64,000 nt of DNA from Antedon mediterranea (lineage: Eukaryota > Animalia > Echinodermata), in contig NC_092670.1 in the NCBI RefSeq assembly GCF_964355755.1, positions 8,918,201 to 8,982,200 on the forward strand, in the 5' to 3' direction. Both the position numbers and the translations under genes were made by a program. Below, piece by piece: positions 47,710 through 61,100 of the stretch. The stretch's first letter is position 1, and every line of letters begins with the position of its first letter. The notes beneath the pieces were generated by a model, which saw only the letters and a program-made list of their open reading frames with translations, did not search any database and was not told where the DNA came from.

Positions 47710-48254
47710 AGTAAGTAGGCCTACGTTTTGTTGGTGTACTGAAAATAAGTTATTAATATTTATAATAAAAAAAGAATTAGTTTAGGCTAGTCTTCTCAAA
47801 CAGACCTAATCCTACATATTTACCACATCTCTCCTCCCAGGAATTACCCATTATCTACTACCAGTACCACCTAGGCTACCTAGTCCTAGCAGGGAGTTGT
47901 AACAACTTCCTGGTCCTAGCAAGGAGTTGTTGTAGAACTCCCTGGTCCTAGGTTATCTTCAAAATAGTATTATATTATTAGTCCTAGGTCCTCACACGAA
48001 TTTTAAATATCCTTGCTTGCCTTGAATGTTGTTCATATCAGGCCTATGGGCTATATAATGGCAGTCACTTAAAGAAAGAGAAAATAACACTTACCGAAAT
48101 AAATTTACCATACCAACTTCTATAAAAATTGCAGAAGAACACAGTGACAAGGGCAAGGCACTGCTGGTGGAGGTGGCCGTGCACGTGGTGTGAAAGTAGT
48201 GTCAAAAGTTTAGTAAATTGCGCCCTCAATGATGAGTAAATATTAAATTTATAC

Positions 48255-49065
48255 TAATAGTAATACGAATTAGCAATCCGTTTAAACAAATTAATAATTC
48301 GTTTAAACGAATTACTAATTCGTTTAAACGGATTACTAATTTGTTCAAACGGATTAGTAATCCGTTTGAACAAATTAGTAATCCGTTTAAACGAATTAGC
48401 AATCCGTTTAAACAAATTAATAATTCGTTTAAACGAATTAGTAATTCGTTTAAACGGATTACTAATCCGTTCAAACGAATTACTAATTTGCTTAAACGGA
48501 TTACTAATTCGTTTGAACGAATTACTAATTCGTTTAAACGAATTACTAATTTGTTTAAACGAATTAGTAATCCGTTTAAACAAATTACTAATCCGTTTGA
48601 ACGGATTACTAATTCGTTTGAACAGATTATTAATCTGTTTAAACAAATTAGTAATTTGTTCAAACGGATTAGTAATCCGTTTAATCAAATTATTAATTTG
48701 TTCAAACGAATTACTAATTCGTTTAAACGAATTAGTAATTCGTTTAAACAAATTAGTAATTCGTTTGAACGAATTAGTAATCCGTTTAAACAAATTATTA
48801 ATTCGTTTAAACAAATTAGTAATCCGTTTAAACAAATTAGTAATTCGTTTGAACGAATTAATAATTCGTTTGAACAAATTAGTAATCCGTTTAAACAAAT
48901 TAGTAATTTGTTTGAACGGATTAGTAATCCGTTTAAACGAATTACAACATATACTTTAAATGGCACTTGTTGTATATGTTGCAATTCGTTTGAACGGATT
49001 ACTAATTCGTTTGAACAGATTATTAATCCGTTCAAACGAATTACTAATTCGTTAGAACGGATTAC
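48255..49065. repeat. 21-bp subterminal array in right TIR
   Basis: Mirror of 36215-36950. The unique inner TIR part 48185-48240 pairs with 36955-37010. Confidence 0.95.
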
Positions 49066-49101
49066 GTTCGAAAAACATATACTTCAAATGGCATTAATGG
49101 G

Positions 49102-50558
49102 TACGAAAGCCCATTAATGCCATTTGAAGTATATGTTTTTCGAACGTAATCCGTTCTAACGAATTAGTAATTCGTTTGAACGGATTAATAATCTGTTCAA
49201 ACGAATTAGTAATTCGTTCAAACGAATTGCAACATATACAACAAGTGCCATTTAAAGTATATGTTGTAATTCGTTTAAACGGATTACTAATCCGTTCAAA
49301 CGAATTACTAATTTGTTTAAACGGATTACTAATTTGTTCAAACGAATTACTAATTCGTTCAAACGAATTAATAATTTGTTTAAACGGATTACTAATTCGT
49401 TCAAACGAATTAGTAATCCGTTTAAACAAATTAGTAATTTGTTTAAACAAATTAATAATTTGTTTAAACAAATTAATAATTTGTTTAAACAAATTAATAA
49501 TTTGTTTAAACGGATTACTAATCTGTTTGAACGAATTAGTAATTCGTTTGAACGAATTAGTAATCCGTTTAAACAAATTAGTAATTTGTTTAAACAAATT
49601 AATAATTTGTTTAAACGGATTACTAATTCGTTTAAACGAATTAGTAATTCGTTTAAACAGATTAGTAATCCGTTTAAACAAATTACTAATCCGTTTGGAC
49701 GGATTCCTAATTCGTTTGAACAGATTATTAATCTGTTTAAACAAATTAGTAATTCGTTTGAACGGATTAGTAATCTGTTCAAACGAATTAGTAATCCGTT
49801 CAAACCAATTGCAACATATACAACAAGTGCCATTTAAAGAATATGTTGTAATTCGTTTGAACGGATTACTAATCTGTTCAAACGAATTACTAATTTGTTT
49901 AAACAGATTAATAATCTGTTAAAACGAATTAGGAATCCGTTCAAACGGATTAGTAATTTGTTTAAACGGATTACTAATTTGTTCAAACGAATTACTAATT
50001 CGTTCTAACGAATTAGTAATCCGTTTGAACAAATTATTAATTTGTTTAAACAAATTAATAATTTGTTTAAACGGATTACTAATTCGTTCAAACGAATTAC
50101 TAATTTGTTCAAACAGATTAATAATCCGTTTAAACAAATTATTAATTTGTTTAAACAAATTACTAATTCGTTTAAACGGATTACTAATTCGTTTGAACGA
50201 ATTAGTAATTCGTTTGAACGGATTACTAATCCGTTTAAACAAATTAGTAATTCGTTTGAACGAATTAGTAATCCGTTTAAACAAATTAGTAATTCGTTTG
50301 AACGGATTATTAATCCGTTTGAACAAATTAGTAATCCGTTTAAACAAATTAGTAATTTGTTTGAACGGATTAGTAATCCGTTCAAACGAATTACAACATA
50401 TACTTTAAATGGCACTTGTTGTATATGTTGCAATTTGTTTGAACGGATTACTAATTCGTTTGAACAGATTATTAATCCGTTCAAACGAATTACTAATTCG
50501 TTATAACGGATTACGTTCGAAAAACATATACTTAAAATGGCATTAATGGGCTTTCGTA
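49102..50558. mobile_element. IS3EU-derived MITE made only of TIR/21-bp arrays, nested in the parent's right TIR
   Basis: Starts TACGAAAGCCC, ends GGGCTTTCGTA, flanked by duplicated TTAATGGG (49094-49101, 50559-50566). Confidence 0.88.
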
Positions 50559-50669
50559 TTAATGGGCTTTCGTACGTAAGAGTTATGGTAGGTGGTCTGT
50601 TTTATTAATTTTAGCCTAGTAAAGATACTAGGTAGTAGTAAATGTAGGCCTATATTATGTTAAAACGAA

Positions 50670-50760
50670 AGGCAGTTTGCTGCAGCACGTCGCTGAGGAT
50701 ATGCCCTACATATATTGCATTTTACTTGAGGTATTGCATGTACCATTCTGTTCGTGGGTG
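50670..50760 (-). mobile_element. Putative EnSpm/CACTA-type TIR (right end)
   Basis: gtttgctgcagcacgtcgctgag, cttgaggtattgc and a terminal gtggg are the reverse complement of 62737-62840. Confidence 0.5.
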
Positions 50761-51309
50761 TTTGCTATCCACTGTCATTTCGCGTCAATTGGCGTTACTC
50801 TAGTGTTTCAAACTCACTTGCCGTCAAAGTCTAGGGGCCTACACAGTGCAGTGACAATCCACGATTTTTTTCGCTGAAATGCGTTTTTTAGTAAGTAACA
50901 CTGCTGATGCCTAGTTAAGTAAAGTACTGGTAAGTAAATAAGTTTTAAAAAAAAGATTTTTATTTGAAGGTCACATACCCTAGTAGGCTAGCTAGGAGAG
51001 GCTAGCCTACTAGTACTAGGCCTAGGCTAGGCCCTACTACTATTCTAGGCCTAGGGCCTAGGCCTAGTAGGCCTACTAGGCCTTTAGGCCTAGCCTAGGC
51101 GGCGCTACTGCAGTAGAAATCGAAGATATAACAGTGTGGTGCGAAACTGCAGTAGCGCCGCCTAGGCCTATATAGGCCTAGCTAGCTAGTTAGTAGTCTA
51201 GGACCGAGGCTAGGCTAGGCCTACTAAATAGAGTGAGTATTCCAGCCTAGCCTAGAGGGCCTAGCCTAGTATTAGTAGGCCTAGCTAGGCTACCTAGCCT
51301 AGAAAATAG

Positions 51310-53293
51310 GGTTTACGATGAAATCGGTCGCGTGTGAAATCGGTCGCGTTTGAAATCGGTCGCGATAAAATCAACTTCCGGTATTTTGTATGGCGCGCCG
51401 CTAGAGCTATACGTTTGAAATCGGTCGCCCTTGAAATCGGTCGCGCTATTTTGTATGGAGCGAGATGCATGCTAGCGGGATTTACATTTTCTTCGTTTAT
51501 ATAGTCTAGATTTAATTGATATTTTTTAGGAACCAGATTATTTATGTGGATATTTTTTATTTTGGTTAATAATATTTATTATCAATCATTTTTTTTTATT
51601 TCACAGGTCTCGAAGAAAGACCGTGTCTTTTCAAAATGGCCATTTCTAAACACGTTTAAATATTTTATTAGGCATATAATAATTTACCTCTATTTTATTA
51701 TATGTACTGTAATTAATATATTATACTGTATAGAGAATATACGTCTGTGTCTTTTAGTAATACAGTATTATGCAAACAATTACGTAAAAGAGAACAATTT
51801 ATTTAAAAACAATAAACGTTACAATGTATAACCCGTAAAGCCAGCGTATCCATTTTTATACTTATGCATAATGTGGCAGATATATCATATATTGGACCAC
51901 CTTATTTTAATTTCTATTTTATTTATGTCCGTACGTTATGTAGGATTAAGTAGAGGCCTATAATGATTATTGTTGAGGAAAATCACGTGTATATTTTTAT
52001 TTCTAATGTTTAGGCCTAAAATAGTTTCTAGTAAAAATGATTATTATATGCGGGTCGTTAAAAGACGAGTTACTGAAATAAACCCCGAAATAGGCCATAA
52101 CGTGGATGCGCCTTCTATGATCGTGCAGACGACGTTAACTGCACGTTATTTTGCTGACGGGGATTCCCCTTAAAAAAAACACGCACTAGTGTGTCAAATC
52201 ATGGACAAAACACGTACTACGATCGTTGTCCATGGCCATGTAAAGATGACGTATAGGCCTATTACTAACCATACGTTTGAAACATCTATATATAGGCCTC
52301 TGCACTGCACGTGTTTTTGTGAAACATAGTTCCATGGTGAAACGATGTATATAATTTACGTATATAGGCCTACGTCGGCGATACTATAGTTTTTAATTTG
52401 AATATTTCTTCATTTATAATAATCACTTTAATGTAAATAATATAAGTACCACTCAGTGTCTCACATCCGTACGCCGTTCGTACATCTAAATGTTTAAAAT
52501 ATCAGTGCAAGATTACCTCTTTGAGAATCGTGCCCACCTTTTAATATCCATCCATTATTATTATCACATATAGGCCTATCATTGTACAGCATACTGCATA
52601 GTCATAGTATAGGCCCTGTAGATTGATTTATAACGGCATATTATTTTATTAGTATTATCCTAAAACCATGCTCACGTAAGAGTGGCGGAAATCGAACGTA
52701 AAAATCATCATCATACATCATCTTCCTTTATTGCATAAACCTCATTGAGCTGGTATCCACTTGCAGATATAAAACTAGTTTCGTAATTAACTGCGATTAA
52801 AAAATACGCAATAGGCGCGTCTAATTGTTTAATATTAAATTATTTCAACATTATTAAAACTTTAAACAGTGGCATGTTAATCTTTTCAAAAACTTAAACA
52901 ATATTCAATAACACTTTTTAAAACGATTTTCTAAACACATTACAATTATTCATTGACACCTGACGTAAGATAAAATGAAAACACAAATTATTTATAAATA
53001 ATGAGATAATATTTATATTTACTGTACTAAAAAAATAATAACGATCGAGGTAAAACAATTGTTAATAGTATTAGAAATTCTATATTCAAAATTAACTAAA
53101 AACATAATTAGCGTTTACATTTAAAATGTATCTAGTGCGTCCCATGCAAAATAGCGCGACCGATTTCAAACGCGACCGATATCATTAAACGTATAGCTCT
53201 AGCGGCGCGCCATACAAAATGCCGGAAGTTGATTTTATCGCGACCGATTTCAAACGCGACCGATTTCAGACGCGACCGATTTCATCTGACACC
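51310..53293. mobile_element. Non-autonomous TIR element (probably Mutator-like)
   Basis: ~150-bp TIRs with repeated gaaatcggtcgcg, GG...CC ends, 8-bp TSD GAAAATAG (51302-51309, 53294-53301). Confidence 0.85.
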
Positions 53294-53559
53294 GAAAATA
53301 GAGGCCTAGGCTAATAAGCTAGCCTATCTGTGCCAGAAGCACACATGCTAGGGCCTAGGACTAATAAGTAAGTGAAATTAATATTAAATAATTAGGTTCT
53401 GTCTTATTACACTTTTATTCAATTCAATAACATTAACATCTATATGTATTTAACATCTCGTTGCCAAATTGCTACTGTCTGTAGTTACAAATTAAATTCA
53501 TTAAATGCACAGCTAGACAGAGAGAGACGTTAAAAAAAATGTAAAAAAAAGAAAGAACT

Positions 53560-53885
53560 GAATAAATAAAAAAAATCTGAGAGGAGAACCTGCGGTTAAT
53601 GAGTTCAATATAAAACGGGAAAATTGTTTAGTGCGGGTTTTCAGATATGAAATGTTATTACGGTTTTGCAGGTTTCTACCGTTTGTTTGGAAACAAGTTG
53701 ATGGTAACAAGTCCGCAGAGTGGGCAGTGTTATTAGAGAGACCTTTGGCAAACGTCAGGCAATGGAATATCCTCCCCTCAGAGAGAAAAAGGAGATTCAA
53801 CCTTGTTGTAAGTGCTTCGCTATATGACACAAAGTCACGATCCAACATAATTCTACACGCCCTTATTTGAATAACTTCAACAGAG
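53560..53885 (-). pseudogene. 3' fragment of non-LTR retrotransposon ORF2 (CR1/L2-group)
   Basis: EVIQIRACRIML...SYSEAL...LSEGR...CLTFAKGL...LLP...RNLQN...LKTRTKQF resembles the LINE C-terminal E.IQKRA.RII...Y..AL...L..RR pattern. Confidence 0.6.
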
Positions 53886-56800
53886 TTTTAGCTAACCTAC
53901 CTAGCTTAGGCTAGGTATTTTTTCAAATGTAGGTCTATTTTTAATGTATGCTACTGTTTTATACATTAATTTTGAAACCGCTATTTAGGATCGATTGGGA
54001 TGTAGGCCTGTGTCTAAATCTATAGGCCTAGGCCTATAATATTTTTCTTCAAAAATAACTCTAAATGGTACATTACTTATATGTATTTAAGTGTAGTTTT
54101 CCATGTATTTTCAAATTTGTCTTACCCCACCCAGCCCCAACCATGGTGGGATGGAGGTTTTTTTTGTTACAATCGATGGATGTCCTGGCACAAGCTAGGT
54201 GACATGCACTTAATTATATATGTACTATAATCTATATTATGCTGGGTAGGGTATAGTCTGGGCTCCAGACGGAGTTTTTTTCTTAATATTAGTAAAAATT
54301 AAACATTTTTGCACATATGGCGTTTCATACGTGTATTACTTGAGTTTGGATACTCCGTCTGGGGAAACACGCAAAAGTCACGTGGTTTGACACCAAGAAT
54401 TCTTGGTGCATAGATTATCCGGTTGACTAGTTTCAGCTGCATGCGATTGGCTACTCACTCGTACACTGTTTTAATATTCATATTTCAGAATTTCAAAGAC
54501 TCAACAACTAAGATGGTACGCATGCGCTATGTTACGTTTAGACAATGTACTTGGGCAAAGAATATATATCACAAGAATGAGTATTCCGCGATTTTTGCAT
54601 GAGAAATTTGTAACAGAGAGCTCCAGTTAGTGATGCCCGCCCTCATAAGGGCGGATGTATACATACTAAATAAGACTTGATTTAATAGATATTAATACAT
54701 GTCACATTAAATAGAATTATGATAATAGTTTTGCAATTGTAAACTATTTTATAATACATATTTATTAACAAACTAGTGTACATTCACTTGTACAGACAAT
54801 TATTTACTAACATGCTAGTTAGTTCACAAAAAAGGCCTAACACAGCAACACCAAAAGTCAACGAATCGTTACTCAGCACGGCCTATTCTTTACCACATTG
54901 CCCGTGTATTACTCTACGCCCGGTAAATTAAGTATTGTTTTTATGATATAAATTAGTATAAAATACATGTTATTAATAGGAAAAAATGTTAAATGTCATT
55001 AACATTTATTTGTTTTACCAGAAAAAAGTTAAATATAGGAATATTATTAAACTATCCTACGTGAAAACGCGTAAACACCAACACGCCCGGTCACGCTATT
55101 GTAGCGCCCGGTTGATAAAGCAAACTGTTTATACGGCAGTTTTTACTAAATAAATTGCATAAAACGAACAATTAAATATCCAAATAGTATTTAACATGAT
55201 GTTGGCATGTAGTTGATAACATTTTTTATCGCGAAAATACTACCGGTGGTCCAGCCTTTGATTAGTGAAACCTTCACAAACAGTTGTATACATCCCAGAT
55301 ACATCCACACTTATGGCGGCGCCCTACCACATGGACAATATTACTGTTACAGGGAAAATCGCGGATTACTCATTCTAGTGATATATTCTTTGACTTGGGT
55401 ACATTGATCGGGACATTGATGAAAGTTTCTGAAGGCTAGAAATGATTTTATATGCCTAGTAGTAGTCTGGTAAACATTTGATGGGATTTTCCCCAAGAAC
55501 ATGAAAACCTGTCTTGCTTCTCCGCAAATCAAACATTGAATGGATCATTTAATATTACGCGGAGATAATTTGATTTAAATCCCACCTAGACCCTGTCCTG
55601 TTATGTGTAGTGGTGTCGTAGCCCTGTCTGTTGTGTGTGAATCCTGTTGTGTGCCGGTGGTGGTATGTAGGCGCGCCTACCTCTTATTGGCGTTTTATTT
55701 GGCAGATCATACGTGCGAGGCCTAGGCTAAGGACTAAACAATTAATAAACAAAACAATTTGGCAACACGATTTCATTATTTCAACAGTCTCGATCGTACA
55801 TTCAGCACTGTACGTACTCGATCTTTTTCATTTTGAAACAAAATGATCATTGGTTGATTTGAAATCCATATTTACATACCGCCCGCCCCATATAGCCAAA
55901 TACGGTATGATAACCTACGTCATTCTTATCAGTTGTTTGCGGTCTGCAAATCGATTTCTATACGTGTTTCACAAGTCTGTATTTTCAGACAAAATTCGCG
56001 GTCGAAATAAAAACAAATAAATTATTAAAAAAAACAATACAGACTTGGAGCAAGTCTAGGTAGGGTACTCTATTATTACTTCTAAGCCTAACTAGTTGCT
56101 CTACTGAAAGTTTATGGGGTGACAGCCTACAGTAGGTAGGCGGCTAGGCCATCTAAAAAAGGCAGTAATCCGATTTTCATCATGAAGTAGAGCAGATTTT
56201 TTATCTTTTGTAGGATAACGAACATTTTGCCATACCAAAATTGTTGTATATACACACTGGGATGATTTTTGTCAAGTGAATTAACTACAATTTTAATAAC
56301 AATAACTACTAAACCAACATTTTAACTTTCTACCTTTAATGCATACATGATAAACATAGCGCTGCTCAGTACAAATTTGTTGTGAACTTTTTACTCAGAA
56401 TTAGTTGTAAGTACTCCATGAAATTAACCAAAATTGAATTCAAATATTTTTCCAATTTGAAGGCCTATAGTAATAAGCATTTCTTATCATTTACATGAAA
56501 GTTAACCATGCAGAATCTCCATGGTTAAACCAATAAAGCATATAAGCAAATCAAGTATAATATTTGTCAACAACACATCTTTCATTGTTGGTAAACAAAT
56601 ATGATTTTAGATAAGTTAAATTATATTTAAAGCAATTAAATACGTGTTCAACAAAAAACACACTCTCAAGAAAAAATCCTGTAAATGCTCAAATGTACCT
56701 TTAAATACATTTTTATTTAGTGAATATGATATTATTCATCACAGGGAACATGTTTATATTAATTTAGATAAGAAAAATTATATTTAAAGCAATTAAATAC

Positions 56801-58510
56801 GTGTTCAACAAAAAACACGCCCTCAAGAAAAAATCCTGTAAATGCTCAAATGTACCTTTAAATACATTTTTATTTAGTGAATATGATATTATTCATCACA
56901 GGGAACATGTTTATATTAATTTAGATAAGAAAAATTATATTTAAAGCAATTGAATACGTGTTCAACAAAAAACACGCTCTCAAGAAAAAATCCTGTAAAT
57001 GCTCAAATGTACCTTTAAATAAATATTTAATGAGTGAATACGATATTATTCATCACAGGGAACATGTTTATATCAATTTAGATAAGAAAAATTATATTTA
57101 AAGCAATTAAATATGTGTTCAACAAAAAACACGCTCTCAAGAAAAAATCCTGTAAATGCTCAAATGTACCTTTAAATAAATATTTAATGAGTGAATATGA
57201 TATTATTCATCACAGGGAACATGTTTATATCAATTTAGATAAGAAAAATTATATTTAAAGCAATTAAATACGTGTTCAACAAAAAACACGCTCTCAAGAA
57301 AAAATCCTGTAAATGCTCAAATGTACCTTTAAATAAATATTTAATGAGTGAATATGATATCATTCATCACAGGGAACATGTTTATATCAATTTAGATAAG
57401 AAAAATTATATTTAAAGCAATTGAATACGTGTTCAACAAAAAACACGCTCTCAAGAAAAAATCCTGTAAATGCTCAAATGTACCTTTAAATAAATATTTA
57501 ATGAGTAAATACGATATTATTCATCACAGGGAACATGTTTATATCAATTTAGATAAGTAAAATTATATTTAAAGCAATTAAATACGTGTTCAACAAAAAA
57601 CACACTCTCAAGAAAAAATCCTGTAAATGCTCAAATGTACCTTTAAATAAATATTTAATGAGTGAATACGATATTATTCATCACAGGGAACATGTTTATA
57701 TCAATTTAGATAAGTTAAATTATATTTAAAGCAATTAAATACGTGTTCAACAAAAAACACGCTCTCAAGAAAAAATCCTGTAAATGCTCAAATGTACCTT
57801 TAAATACATTTTTATTGAGTGAATATGATATTATTCATCACAGGGAACATGTTTATATCAATTTAGATAAGAAAAATTATATTTAAAGCAATTAAATACG
57901 TGTTCAACAAAAAACACGCTCTCAAGAAAAAATCCTATAAATGCTCAAATGTACCTTTAAATACATTTTTATTGAGTGAATATAATCATTCATCACAGGG
58001 AACATGTTTATATCAATTTAGATAAGAAAAATTATATTTAAAGCAATTAAAGACGTGTTCAACAAAAAACACGCTCTCAAGAAAAAATCCTGTAAATGCT
58101 CAAATGTACCTTTAAATACATTTTTATTGAGTGAATATAATCATTCATCACAGGGAACATGTTTATATCAATTTAGATAAGAAAAATTATATTTAAAGCA
58201 ATTAAATACGTGTTCAACAAAAAACACGCTCTCAAGAAAAAATCCTGTAAATGCTCAAATGTACCTTTAAATAAATATTTAATGAGTGAATATGATATCA
58301 TTCATCACAGGGAACATGTTTATATCAATTTAGATAAAAAAAATTATATTTAAAGCAATTAAAGACGTGTTCAACAAAAAACACGCTCTCAAGAAAAAAT
58401 CCTGTAAATGCTCAAATGTACCTTTAAATACATTTTTATTGAGTGAATATGATATTATTCATCACAGGGAACATGTTTAAATCAATTTAGATAGGATAAA
58501 TTATATTTAA

Positions 58511-59300
58511 CTAGATTGTACGCTCGCTTCGCTCGCGTACCATCTGAGGCGTGTCCACAATGGTTCTGGAATACACAGTAATTTCAGCGTAAAAAAACTG
58601 GCGACTTTAAAATAATGTACGTACTACCGGACTAATACATTGTCAGAAAACGAATAAATAGACACGATGATTTATGTAGTCAACTAAAATTAGCACCCTG
58701 GGTATTATTACTTCCGAAAGAGAAACTTGTCATAAAATGAGTCCAAATTTTGGACTTAAAATAAACCAAATGTGTGTTTTGTATGTAGGCCTATGTTTAG
58801 GGATTGGGAAGAGGATGTGAAGTAACGAAATATTGTTTCATGTTTTATAGGCCTATAAATATTTAATATACCACTAAATACAGTAAAACAATTGCGATTT
58901 AATACTTTGTTAAAACTGTCCCTTTTATAGTCAATTGAAATAGTAAAGTATGTAACAATACACCACTACGACGTTTATATTTTTTATAATTATTAATTAT
59001 AATACAAACGTTGAGAAGCAAATTTTCGATGCAAATGACGACCAAAAATGGTTAATATATATTTACAGTACAGTATTGTCTCACTATTGCAAGTTTATTC
59101 TCTAAGGGCCCATAAATTTATGTGTTATACTTAAGGGCTCATAAATTTACCTACTTGTGTTAAACCAAACTGACAGACTGAGGGATTGGAATGTTCCATT
59201 CATCGCAAATCAATACAATTGTATAAACGTTTATTAAATCTATCGAAATAGTTTTTTTTTTTTAAAGAAAATCAGCCTGTCTTCAACATTATGATGCTGT
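58511..59300 (-). mobile_element. Helitron-like non-autonomous element, 3' end (5' limit uncertain)
   Basis: Minus strand gtacgcgagcgaagcgagcgtac hairpin, then aat-CTAG followed by T. It interrupts the satellite. Confidence 0.6.
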
Positions 59301-59328
59301 ACTTGAGCTCAACCGGTGTTCAGCTATT

Positions 59329-59518
59329 AAAATACGGTATAAATTTGTAAATACCGTATTTTATCCACAAATTTTGTGGGGAAAATACGGTATACAAAAT
59401 ACGGTATTTTTTTATGAGCGCAGTTTCTGCAGCCAAAAAAATACGGTCTATAGGCCTATACGGTATTCACAAAATACCGTATAAAATACGGTATTTTCTT
59501 GGCAGCAGAAACAGGGCC
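59329..59518. repeat. Cluster of aaaatacggtat motifs in both orientations (MITE-like end)
   Basis: About 8 copies. tttctgcagccaa / ttggcagcagaaac are inverted, and the cluster ends cagggcc. Confidence 0.5.
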
Positions 59519-60454
59519 ACAGGGAATATGTTTATATCAATTTAGATAAGATAAATTATATTTAAAGCAAATAAATACGTTTTATAAAAACCAAGCTCTT
59601 AAGGAAAATTCCTGTAAATGCTCAAATGTATCTTTAAATACATTTTTTTATGATATTATTCATCACAGGGAACATGTTAATATCAATTTATATAAGATAA
59701 ATTATATTTAAAGCAATTGAATATTATCTAAATTCAGTTTCTATTACTTGATTATAAGAAATTGGATAAATAGGCCTACAGCATTACTTACTGAAAGGTG
59801 TAGCCATCTGTGCTGCAATTTCACACTGGTACGGTAGCAAACAAACTTCTAAATTATTTTATTTAGTTTATATCGAAATTTTCAGCAATGCATGCGGTGT
59901 AAGAAACAACCATTTCTTTTACTACTTTTTAATAAATTAATCTGTATTTATAGAGATTTAGCAAAACAAATTAGGGGTTGCTAACCAATCAAATTGTAAG
60001 AAACAGATTCGTATGTACGTACCCATCAATCAAACAAAACAGTGTGGGTAAGTTTCATCAACCTGTCATTTTTGTAGGGCATTATCCATATTTTGATTTC
60101 CTTCCGTTCCTTAGCCTTATTTACATTCCTCGTGGTTTATGCAATGTCCCCTGTTGCCCCCGACCTTCTTTCCCTTGAAATCTACATCCTCTAATCCATC
60201 AAATTTTAACATTCCTAAGGGATGACACTCCTGGCCTCCCTCCCTCAAATAAATAGAGATGTTATAAAGTGAACTATAATATCTCTATGCTCAAATCAAA
60301 ACGTATGCAATGAGAACTTGATAACTCGATGAAATAACAGTATATCGTAATTTAATGTACTAATAATAATTAATAAATAATTAATTTATAGTTTAATCAC
60401 AACCTACATTCATTAACAGAATCGGACATCTTTATATTGTATGTAGGCTCGTAG

Positions 60455-61100
60455 CTAGGAGTACCTAATAATTCTAGAAAGGCCGTAATATATGTTATCC
60501 CCTATATAGTTATTAACTGTTATAATATAGAGGGAGTGTAATCTGTCACGGGGATACCTAATATTCTAGTAAGTCCGTAATATATTGCACCCCATAAAAT
60601 AGATAGTTATTGAATGTAATAATATAAGGGGTCCAATCTCATCTGTCTCGGGGGTAGACAGCCCGTAATATATTGTATCCCTTAATGTATATATTTACTG
60701 TAGGGTTTAATCTGTCACGGTGATACACTATTTCAGCATAGGATTTTGTATCCATTTGCAAAAAAATGACAAAAGGGGAGAACCAAGAATTATTATTTAT
60801 TAATTAAATTATTTGATTGAAGACAGTGTTTAGTTTTCGAGATCCTAGTGGTATAGGTACAATGCGGTATGTCCATCTTATCTGACCAAATTGAACTATT
60901 GTGGTTTAGTGTTAAAATAATTAACATTCTTAGATCGATTTTTCAAGTGCAATCTTTCACGGGGGTACCTAATAGTCTAGAAAGTCCGTGATATATTGCA
61001 CCTACTAAAATAGATATCTATTAACTGTTATATTATAACGGGGTCAAATCTGTCACGGGGGTACCTCAGACCGTCCAAAATATATTGATTCCTTTATTAT
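60455..61100. repeat. Degenerate ~90-bp repeats
   Basis: atctgtcacggggg-tacctaatattctagaaagtccgtaatatattg recurs about 6 times. Confidence 0.65.

Larger units (their letters stand above)
36169..50574. mobile_element. IS3EU-type DNA transposon (~14.4 kb with nested inserts)
   Basis: Termini TACGAAAGCCCATTAATG / GGGCTTTCGTA, 6-bp TSD CGTAAG (36163-36168, 50575-50580), ~850-bp TIRs, and two convergent genes. Confidence 0.88.
56605..59720. repeat. 157-bp tandem satellite (~12 units to 58510, resuming ~59518)
   Basis: aatttagataag recurs at 56761, 56918, 57075 etc. Confidence 0.95.

Noticed and set aside
48226-50506. Many overlapping repeat ORFs
   Set aside because: Same 21-bp arrays; no evidence of coding.
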